DNA of 36,624 nucleotides from Perkinsus olseni (Eukaryota): NCBI GenBank assembly GCA_013115125.1, contig JABANN010000348.1, positions 1 to 36,624 of the forward strand, read 5' to 3'. Shown piece by piece: positions 11,600 to 21,086 of this stretch (position 1 is its first letter; each line of letters starts with the position of its first letter). The notes under the pieces were generated by a model. It saw only the letters and a program-made list of their open reading frames with translations, ran no database searches and was not told where the DNA came from. The position numbers and the translations under genes were made by a program.

Positions 11600-12298
11600 C
11601 TGAATTTTATGGCGCGCGAAGTCGCGACAGGTGTTCTCTCTGTATGATTATTATTATTATCTTTCTGTTTCGGCTACAGATGAGGTCTTACCGTTTATGT
11701 GGGATAAATTCGTGGCGCACGACATTTCAGTTTTGTCGCTGTCGTTGTTGACGCCTCCGTCCGAGAGACCGATTCCCGCCGGAGCACTGTCTTGAGGGGA
11801 TATGTGATAGCCTCCTCTAGGGGCATGTGGCTCGCTTATGGCTCGGGTTGTGCCCAGGGTAAGTGTTTGAGACCGACTGGTTGTGAACACAAAATCCGAC
11901 TTTTGCCGTCTAGAGTCGTATCTTTTGTTTTCTGTCTCATTGTCATCAGTGATGTAGGTTAGCTTCAGCGTAGCATCTTATCGGAGTAAGATAGGGTCTT
12001 TGGAATATGCTTCACAGTGGCCCGTTCGAGTATACTGGCTGAAGGTCTCCTTCATGAGCTTTGCGGAACACAACTATTCAGTGGCTCTCGGCCAGATGAT
12101 TCAAACAGACATATGTAGGAGTTACCCCCACACCTGACGCTGGCAGCCTTCCTCCCTGCACTTTCACGGAATGTGACAGCTTGGCCAGGGCTCGCGTTGC
12201 CGGTGCCACAGGGTTAATAGAATACGGCCCGTTGCCAAGAAGAGGCGACAACTGTAGACGGTTAGTTCAGCATTTTTGGTGTTGTTGTTTATTTTGTG

Positions 12299-13644
12299 AT
12301 GTCCAATTCCACTGCCATCGTTAACACCTGCCTGCCCGACGATTGGAGGGTATTCTCCCTCACCTATGTACCCTACCCAACTCAGGACGGCAAGGTGAGT
12401 GCTATCAGAAGTCCTAATCGATCAAACGGGCGAGCGCGACCAAGTCTGAGAGTCGTGGTGAATGTTGGAGTGTCTTAGGTCGACCAATATTTGATGAATA
12501 TCTTTTTCCTCATCAGTTACTAGGGTGGACGCTAGCGTTGCTGACATTAGCACCAATCTTCACGATATCCTCGGTCTTCACCATCACCTTGGTCAGGCAA
12601 TCGGTAGGTCCACATGGATGATGTTCAACAGCCAGTTCAGTGATCTCGACTTTCTTTTTCTTCAAGTATCAGTTGTTCAACTTTCTAGACCGAGTTCGGG
12701 TGGTTGCGGCGAGAACCGCTCCAAGGCTTCCACAATGGCGTGTTCGAGCTGCTAAATCCTTGCCAGTCTTGAACTCCTGACTGGGCGTTGTGTGCACCAC
12801 TAGTTATATTTATATCATATTACTGTGTGCGGGGTGTGAGGATCGAACCTGTGCGGGATTGTTGCTGTTCAGGTTCGATGGGGTTTGCTATTTGTCGGGT
12901 TGATATTATCAACTGTAGTGAATACGATTTTGAAGAACTACGTCGCCGAGCCGCGGCCAGAAGGGACCTTCGCCAGTGGGTACGGTATGCCCAGCGACCA
13001 TTGCCAGTTCTGTGGCTTCATCATTGCATATGGGTAAGCGAAAGGTCCCCGGTTCGAATGCCGGTTACGGCATTTTCGGTCAGGTTTTTATTTGTGAAAC
13101 ATCATGTTCGAACTCAACCACTGTGGATTAGATACATTCCGCCTGTTTTGGCTGTCATATTTATTGCCTTACCACTCGCGTGAGTATCTTTAGGTTATCC
13201 GCGCAGGATACAAATAAGGTCAAGTTGTTGTCAGATACTCAAGAGTATTTCTTCTAGCCCATACTTGGGCTCAGGTCCGAGCAGGCATGCTACTCGGGCT
13301 CACGCTGGGCTCAAGTTGGTTTTGGTTTGTCTTCCAGACGCTCGAAGGCTACGGCGTTCTCTACCGGTAGGGAACCTCACTTTTCGATTCTCCGTTGAGC
13401 ATGTTATGTGTTTTCAAGCATTCAACCGCCAACACTCATACCAACTTTTCTGATACTAATCGCTTCGCTCCGCACCCCCAGGTTGCAGTCCTTTATCGAC
13501 CTCTTCATGATGAATGATGTCCAGAAGCATCTGTGGGTCACCAGAATGTACAGACGAGAGCGCACCAGCGTACTGCACGGCAGCGGTGCCACTACACCAG
13601 CAACATCACCCTCATGGTCTCCCTCGAGGAACGAAGGGAAGTAA
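12299..13644 (+). CDS. DOLPP1: Dolichyl-diphosphatase (PAP2 family, DOLPP1/CWH8-like)
   Basis: Exons 12299-12394, 12517-12603, 12873-13033, 13084-13179, 13235-13366 and 13482-13644 are in frame. N-terminal WRVFSLTYVPYP. PAP2 motifs KNYVAEPRP, YGMPSDH and YSRVFLLAHTWAQV. Several transmembrane segments. Confidence 0.92.
12828..12852 (-). pseudogene. B-box/tRNA 3'-end-like fragment, antisense in DOLPP1 intron 2
   Basis: Minus strand ACAGG TTCGATC CTCAC ACCCCGC A. GTTCGATCCTCACAC resembles an elongator tRNA-Met T-arm. The T-stem is imperfect. Confidence 0.4.
13039..13076 (+). pseudogene. tRNA 3'-half fragment (B-box) filling most of the 50-nt DOLPP1 intron 3 (13034-13083)
   Basis: CG AAAGGTC CCCGG TTCGAAT GCCGG TTACGGC A TTTT: variable loop, T-arm, 7 nt, A, T4. 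GCGAAAGGTCCCCGGTTCGAA is the typical eukaryotic tRNA-Val segment. Confidence 0.7.
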
Positions 13645-13833
13645 GATCAATTTCGTGGCGCGCGACGGATGCGCTTTCGGTCAGGATCCGAGTTGATGGT
13701 CAGGAGTCTGGAAAGAAAGTTAATTGATTGATGAGCTTGAGCGATTATACTCGTGTTAAATCGTCACAGTTAATATACGGGATAGTTGAGAACAGTCTTG
13801 TCAATTCCCGGTAATCTGCGAGCACTTTATCAA

Positions 13834-16271
13834 ATGCCTTCGAGTGGCAGTAAACGTCGACGGTCGCCTGACGTATGCAAGACGCCATCACGGCGACAAA
13901 AGGAAGCTATTTCTGCACCGACCCCGAGGTCAACCTGCAAGATACCCTTCCTCACAACAGAAGACATCCTCTCACATGGTGCTGTTGTGAACGTGCAGAG
14001 TGTTAATTATCCCGACCTGGCCTGGGGAGTAGATCGGACGAAGAAGCAGTTGAAAATAGTGTCGAGAGTTAGAGGGAAGGGGGTGTTGACTCTGAAGGTC
14101 GTCAGGAGCTCATCGAACCCTCGGGCGATCGCCTTCCGGTTGGTGACCCAGTCGGACATCTACGTGGCTGTTCACAAGGCTGAGGGCCATCTGACTTTGA
14201 GGAGACAACCGAACCCGAAGAGCTTGCAGCCTCAGTGTTGGTTCCTGGTCGTGGCCAGGGGCTCCGGTGACCCGGGCTATGTCCTGCAGGCGTTGGGGAG
14301 CAGTGGCGAACGAGAGTTCGTTCGCCATTGTAATTACTGGCTGCAGTGTGACGCCCCACCGGACCCTCAATCGCACTCGAGGGCGGTCTACGAGGGCGAT
14401 ACGGCGTGGCTGTTTGTGAACGCCGAGAGTTGTCGAGACCGTCTGGGGGACTTGTGGATGCATGTGGTGGCACCGAAGCCGTACGAGAAGATCGAAGCGC
14501 AGATTGTCAAGTGTAGAGCTGTTTTCGGCGATGATTCTGAGAACGCCTGTCGAGAGTTGGAGCGGGTGGTGGATGGTTGTGACATTGAAAGCTCGGGCTA
14601 CGAGGCCCAAGGTGAGGACATGGGACTGGGGGTGGTCAGGAGTGTACTTGGCAGGTGCTGGTGCTATGCCTGGCGTGGCTGGGGTGATGTTCGCGTCACC
14701 GTTGGAGGATGAGGAGATATCGGAAGAGCTGATGGAGAGGGTGGGGACGGCGGGGCCATTGAGGAGAAGAGGAGGGATCAAGACTTTCAAGAATATGAAT
14801 GATATCAATCCGGAGGCGGTAAGGAAAAAAGGGATGTGCCGGGGAGCGAACTCGGGACTAGGCATACTCTACCTAGGTAAGCTTTTCCTTTCGAGGTTTC
14901 CCGTTTTATTTTCATGCTTTTTCGCAGATTGATGTATACCACCACTCCATGCAACAGCTTCGTGAACCAGGAATGTGCGCTCTTCGCTTTTCTCAATTTT
15001 TCTCCTTGTCGAAAAATCGTATCATCATCATTCCCAGCTTCGCTCTGGTAGCTTCCTCGAGTCTGTCATCTTTACGGATGCGTGCTCATCCGCTTTGTGT
15101 TCTCGGTTAATCTCGGTCGCTCCACGCTATACCTGAGTTATCCCAGACGCACCTCGACCACAGCATGGTGGTGACCGAGGAGACCACCGCTCATCAATGG
15201 TATTCAATCTAATAGAACAACTCCAATTCATGAAGAACTTCGTGTCCCGTGGTTCCCCTCGGACTGAACAGCAGAAGTATAATTCTCGCGTCATGGATGT
15301 CGAAGTGAAAGGAAAGGCACTTGTCTAGCGCCACATGGCAGCAGCTCGAAGGATATTTTAGTGCGCTTACCTCAGCAAATAGAGTGAGCAATAAGAATAT
15401 TTAGTTGCTTGTACCGGCCTTGTGTGATATAAGTAGGCGTAAGGGGCGAATTCGCAGCTGATGATGTCTCAATCTACTTACCCCGCTGAGGCAATACTTC
15501 GATAGAGAGAGCTTCGCCAGAATCGCCACCTTGATAGAGAGACCACTGCTCATTCCATTACTTTCGTTACCTTAATTCGCCCAAGATATCGGTATCAGTG
15601 ATCGCCAGCTCGCCTTGCTGTCCCACCACGTAACCACGTCATTCCACTAGGCTAGCATTGTCTGTAGTAGTACCTCGTTTTCTCGCGAATACTTTGGAAC
15701 TGAGCATGTGTCCTGTCACGCCTCAAATGAGCGTCTCTTATCAGATTCCATACATTCGTGAAATTGATGCCCGAGTACGGCAACTCTTAGGAGAACGTAA
15801 CTCGACCAACATACGGAGGATGGGCCTCGCCAGGGAGGGGCAGTGGCGACAGAAACTCAAACTATGCTTTTTGGAATTCATTCACATGGCGGCAGGCTCC
15901 AAGGGGATGGCTCGGTGAGTATTTCTGCGCCCTTTCTTCAGCGATTGATTGTTTTCAGTCACCGGGACGGCGGTAACGACAGCGATTTGACGGCATTGTT
16001 CTGCATACGAGGGAGTGCCGAATGCAAGGTTGAAAATGAACAGTTCGTTCTCAACGAGGGCGACATGTGAGCGTCTCAACGGCCGTAAGGATTCTCGAGC
16101 TGACTCCCTACAGGTACATATTCGAACCGCACAAGTACTTCCACTCCGTCGGGCCACCAATGCATGGTATGATGGGAGGAGGGATAGCCCCTTATGGATT
16201 ACATCCATTGAGATTTCTTCTCAGATAAAAGAAGAATTGCTGTTGCATGCCGATACTTTCTAGAGGAATAA
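13834..16271 (+). CDS. AbfB/CBM42-like beta-trefoil domain plus C-terminal AlkB-type 2OG-Fe(II) dioxygenase
   Basis: First exon carries beta-trefoil hallmarks VQSVNYPD, FVRHCNYWLQCD and YEGDTAW. Last exons (15745-15914, 15959-16066, 16114-16166, 16225-16271) splice to MARHRDGGNDSDLTALFCIRG...LNEGDMYIFEPHKYFHSVGPPMHDKRRIAVACRYFLEE*, i.e. HxD...H...RxxxxxR. An in-frame splice path links the two parts (it needs one GC donor near 15491). Confidence 0.7.
14825..14860 (-). pseudogene. tRNA 3'-half fragment, antisense in intron 14819-14927
   Basis: Minus strand TAGTC CCGAG TTCGCTC CCCGG CACATCC C TTTTTT: T-stem 4/5 paired, T-loop with one substitution, 7 nt + 1, T6. Confidence 0.6.
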
Positions 16272-16419
16272 ATACCATCATAGGTTGCTATTCAATTATA
16301 TTCCTCTTATTGCGTTACCGAGCAACGACGAATTATGATGACTACACCACATGAAATCACCGTACTCGCGTAAATTGGCACCATATGCCGAACGGGCACT
16401 AAGTTTACGATCCTCCCAT

Positions 16420-17480
16420 CGGAGGTTGACCGAGCTGCCGGGATCCCAGGCTTTCGATCGCTAAGGAGGACTTAGAGTTTCTCCCCTTCCAGCTTTTGAG
16501 TCTGATTCAAAGTTGACCCAACGCGCTCGAAGTGATGATGACGCAACAACCTGTAGTTCAGGAATACTTCAAACAACCTTAGTATCTATCAAGAAACTTG
16601 CCTACAACGAAGGCCTCAGCGTAGATTGTGTATACTGGGAAAATGAAATCATATGGGACAGCTCACACAGCATTGCCTACACGCTTCAATGGCCAGAGAC
16701 TCTCCCAACCCAAAAGTCTAATCGATAGCGTTCTCTACCGGATACTTCGACCATAGACGGACTGCAACATGCGAAAGGGCTGGAGTCGGGCTGCTTGACG
16801 GAGTCAGACGGATATCGCCTTGTATGGAGTCGGATGTTTATCAACTTACCGGATCTCTCGAGAATCTGATTCTCTCTCGAAGTTGGTCTTTCGGATCGCG
16901 TCGTACCGAATCTATACCTAGAGGGACTTCTCATCTGCGACGCTGAACCTCGTGACTGAGAGGCGAATACGGACCGAATTATACGGTTTGCAGCACTGAA
17001 AATGATCACGAAATAGAGGAGCGTCGTCGTTCACTGTACGGCCTCGTACTCATCGGGCTAACCTGAAAAATTTCGATGAGGCCTAAAGAGACTGCTAACT
17101 GTTCAGTCCCGCTGATGACGTCGACGAGCTTGGGCCGGCGCTGATTCACCGCCTGAACGCACTTCAGAAGTGCGTCCAGGCGGCTGGTGATCAAGGCGGC
17201 GGGATGCGTTCTCTGGCCGAAGGTTGAAGAACAAGCTTGTGGAGTGTCCACCGGAAGCACTGCTTCCCCAGAGGGGAGTCTTCGTTGGTAACGGGATACT
17301 GCTACTGTGACACTATATGGGATACTTTCGGAGGATAGTGAGCCTGCACTGTGATACTAGGAGGATTTCTACGGACTGATTATTGACCGGGTAATGCACC
17401 TACTAATTCAAGCACTAAATGAAGTTCACCTTTAATTTAAAGGCTTTAAACTCCCTCATCAAGTCATGGTGAGCCGCCAT
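16420..17480 (-). CDS. Possible multi-exon hypothetical gene or gene relic
   Basis: Minus-strand splice-like signals (tttcag, gtaagt, ttgcag, ctacag) around open pieces such as HPAALITSRLDALLKCVQAVNQRRPKLVDVISG. No complete model found. Confidence 0.25.
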
Positions 17481-17509
17481 GACATTCGCGGCCCGCGAAT
17501 GGACACTAG

Positions 17510-18900
17510 TCATCTCAACATCGCCAGCGATGGTCGCCGTCACAAAAGCTGGAAGACGAAGGATTATCCTTCGAGAGTACAAAACTATGATTGTTTCCGT
17601 TACGTTTCGGACTTACATCGAGCACAAGTCTCACAGATAAAGTAAAATGTATACATGGCGAGTGCCTAGCCCACCAAAATGCCTTGTTGGGTAAGAAGTT
17701 ATTGACAAGGACGGAGCCAAAAAGGGGTAGCGAAGTGAGGGTCGGTCAGTTCTCCAGTTGGGTGGATCTCATCAACATGACCAGGAAGCTGCTGAAAATA
17801 TCATATATATAAAGACAATATAAGATGTTGAAGAGGCGCAAGATACCGGAGGTAGCCCAGACAAGGTGGGCGAGCGGCACTATCGGCCTGACCAAGTTGA
17901 TCGAGAATTGGGAAACGTTGCACGAGCTCCTGGAGGACCTCACGCTCAACCACTGGAATAAGTGGGTTCCTGATAGGAATATATCCGAAACCCCGAACCC
18001 GAACGTTTGCGGTATTATACAGGTAATCGTTTGAGAGTTCCCTTCGCACCCGTTAATCTCCCGAGTGTTGTCCCTCTTAGGCCTTGGAGGCGCGTCTGAG
18101 AGCCTCGGAGGCTACGGTGGCTGAGAGGAATTCGACTTTGATTTATTTGAACAGAGCAATTCTCCCGAAGGTAACCTTTTCGTCCGAACAGACCAAAAGC
18201 GACCACCATTGTCGTGGGAACGACGCATGAACAGCGTTCATTGAACACATGAACAGGCATGAAGCGGGAGGTTCCGTCGAAGAGCTACAGTAGGTATTGA
18301 GGTAGTACTGCTGCTATAACAGGTGTTGATCTCTCCTCCGGCCTCTCGGGATACTTTGCCTCCACCACTTACACGCCTGCTGAGTGACATATTGAACAGG
18401 TTGAAGCACTTCGTAGGCAGGTGCGTATGATAAATACGGAAGGCTTCTTATGAAGCTGGACATAGGTCTTCTACCCACAAGCCGTGCGCACGAGGACGTT
18501 GAAATAAGACACACAATACTGCAGTTTATCAGCTCATCACGAGTTTGTTAACAATCAAGGGGGTGTTTCGAATTATCTGACTCAGACGCCAATTAGGTGG
18601 TCGTTAGATTATGCTCCTACTCTTCCAATAATCCCTATAAGAATGAGCCCGATAGTATGCTCAATCATTGAGTCTCAATGATAGCAATCAATGAATGCCA
18701 ATCATCAGGTGTGAACAGATTTCGCACCTAGAGACGGCCATGACTAAATCCGTAAGAGAGAATCGAGCGGTAGAGTCTCGTCAGCGTTTTTGACTGGTTT
18801 CTCGGGAAGCTGCTTTTGCTGCTGTCTCTCCTCAACAATTCTCTCATGAATGTACCGCAACAGAAGATCTTCGATAGGAGACTTCGGAGCCAAGGGGAGC
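17510..18900 (+). mobile_element. Decayed hAT-superfamily transposase
   Basis: IASDG (other frame), then GECLAHQNALLG (CxxH, 17663-17674) and IPEVAQTRWASG...KLIENWETL (TRW, 17861-17869) in one frame separated by stop 17810-17812. Later ALEARLRASEATVAE. Motif order fits hAT. No TIRs identified. Confidence 0.65.
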
Positions 18901-19278
18901 TTGAGGCCCCCAAGGTGGGGGCTCCATCATCACTGCGCTCATGCAGAAAGGTAGCTACGGCAGAATACGCTCATATAAGACGCCCAAGACATGGTGATAG
19001 ACTCAACCCAGTCCGTCGAGTGAAGTATTCGAGCTCAAGTCGTCTCCCGAAGAGACTCTGAGAATTACCTCGAAGAGATTTAGCCTGGGGAGGAGCAGTC
19101 CTCGCGATCCACGATACTCTCTAATCTCACCTGATATAGGTCTCCTGAAACTCCATCGCCCACTGAAATGCAGAGTCTGAATGATATACACCAACCGAAA
19201 ACTATCAACACAAGAGCTGACGCGGATCGGAATAGCTGTGTTACAAACAGCACCTCGAGCAGAATCATATTAACCTAC

Positions 19279-20466
19279 CTAGTTCTCCCGGTAACTGAGA
19301 CTTGGCGGGGGAGTCGGGACATTACCCATCATCGCTGCGGGAGAGCGAAGATACTCAGGCTTTGGTGGAGTTAGGTCATAGTAGAATCCTGGTAGACGGA
19401 TGATGTCCGAGTACACAGCCTGGCCGAAGACCAGCAATCCAAACCCAAACAGCTGCAACCAGGACCACATAGTCCACACTTCACCGAACGGCGAGCTGGG
19501 GGCGATCGAGTGGATAGTCAAATCGACAATCCAAATGACAGCCGTTCTCGAGGCCTCTAGCATGGTACGATGGACGGCTGATAAGGCGTAAGTTACGAGT
19601 ATGCCAGACATGTTGTAAGTAAAAACCGAGAATATATAGAGTAGTATGAGCCATTGAAGCCCAGTACTGTTCTCAATCATGACAGCAGTGTCGATGGGGT
19701 TCTCAGCACTTCCTGCATCAGCACCGGGTATCATATAAATGATGGGGAAGGCAATAACGAACATGAAGAGAGTACCCCAGATACCCTCCATACCGGTAAT
19801 AAGGAAAGGGGCGATGGTATGATGTCGTAGAAGACGCTCCTCAACCACTACTTGAAGGGCCTGTACAACCTGACCGAGGATGATCATAACCATACCGAAA
19901 GCTCGCAGGCCAGGCGTCTCGTCGGAGGGCGAGTCGACAGAGGTGGTGGTGCTCTTCATGTTCGCGACACCCACCACGACGACCGCCACGACACAGATCA
20001 GTACCCCAAACCAGTGATAAGCCCTTAGCTGCCGCTTTAAGAACAATACGGAAAAAATGGCGGAGAATATTATCATAGATCCCCGCAGCATCTGATAGAC
20101 AGATGCTGAGTTGTAGAGCAGCCCAAGGAAGCAGAAGACCGTGGCTACCAAGTCGAGTACCGCAGGGAAGGCTATCAGCGAGGAGGCCTTCTTGAAGGAC
20201 GTTTCGGGTTGTGGGGCTCGGGAAAGTAGAGGTTGCTGCCGATTCTGCTGCACCCGACGGCTCTTCCAACAGACTGTGACGAAATGGATGACGAGCACAG
20301 CACACATGCCGAGGAACATCGTTAGGGTGTTGAACCAGGGCTTCTTGAAAAACTTGGGATGACCTTCAACGCCGACAGAAATGATCTGGAATTGTACTTT
20401 ACTCATGATGGTGTTGAGGCATCCGAAGATGAGGAGCCCGAGGATGTAGAGTGTTGTTTGTCTCAT
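19279..20466 (-). CDS. Drug/metabolite (nucleotide-sugar-like) transporter, SLC35F6/CRT-like, intronless, 395 aa
   Basis: About 10 hydrophobic segments. Motifs FKKPWFNTLTMFLGM, PAVLDLVAT, ASVYQMLRGSMIIFSAIFS, QVVVEERLL, GMEGIWG and SAVHRTMLEASRT are typical of the SLC35F6 family. Confidence 0.93.
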   Translation of the reverse strand: MRQTTLYILGLLIFGCLNTIMSKVQFQIISVGVEGHPKFFKKPWFNTLTMFLGMCAVLVIHFVTVCWKSRRVQQNRQQPLLSRAPQPETSFKKASSLIAFPAVLDLVATVFCFLGLLYNSASVYQMLRGSMIIFSAIFSVLFLKRQLRAYHWFGVLICVVAVVVVGVANMKSTTTSVDSPSDETPGLRAFGMVMIILGQVVQALQVVVEERLLRHHTIAPFLITGMEGIWGTLFMFVIAFPIIYMIPGADAGSAENPIDTAVMIENSTGLQWLILLYIFSVFTYNMSGILVTYALSAVHRTMLEASRTAVIWIVDLTIHSIAPSSPFGEVWTMWSWLQLFGFGLLVFGQAVYSDIIRLPGFYYDLTPPKPEYLRSPAAMMGNVPTPPPSLSYREN

Positions 20467-21086
20467 TGAGAGTTAATAACAACAACTGCGAGCACACGAG
20501 AATGGCTTAGATCAGGAGGCTTTCCCGATCGAATTGCTAAGCATAGATGGAAGACAACGGTTGTACCGTGAAACTACCCAAGACGAGGGTTGCTTGATGG
20601 CACCGGCGAAATTACGCGCATCGCGGCGCCGCTGCCTCCACAAGCTTGCCATGTTGCAGCATTGTCGCTGGTATTAGTCGTTGAAGTGGCGCCTTGGCGA
20701 GAGTATAAGTCGCGGATCCCATAACTACACTCAACAACGCTGGGTGTATCATAAGGATGACTGTAAGACTAACAGGACAGGACAACTCGCACGAGTTGCG
20801 TTCAATGTTGATGATGTTAAGGAATAGTAAGATTAGCAAGCTTGGCAAGATCGCGACGCTTTCGCGGGCAGGCGCAATGAGTCGAGGGTGCGGTAAGTAA
20901 GGACTTCGAAGCAGGCAGCCTGCTGCAGGCTGTGCTGAGGGGAGATGAGCAATCCTCGTTGTTAACGTACAGTGATGAAATTCCCCGCTGGAATCCATAA
21001 TAGACTCCCTCTTGCCAACCGGTCTCCAGCCGCCGGACTTGCTTTGTGTTACCTCCCCACTAAAGATTCTATTACTTTAAACCATC

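Noticed and set aside
12762-12781. Alu-like GTCAGGAGTTCAAGAC on the minus strand
   Set aside because: Too short, with no other Alu sequence and no T-stem pairing. At most a weak B-box-like word.
14102-14865. Long antisense ORFs (123 and 251 aa)
   Set aside because: Shadows of the GC-rich + strand exon; no motifs.
20612-20998. 128-aa minus-strand ORF
   Set aside because: No recognisable motif or splice support; it lies between two divergent genes.
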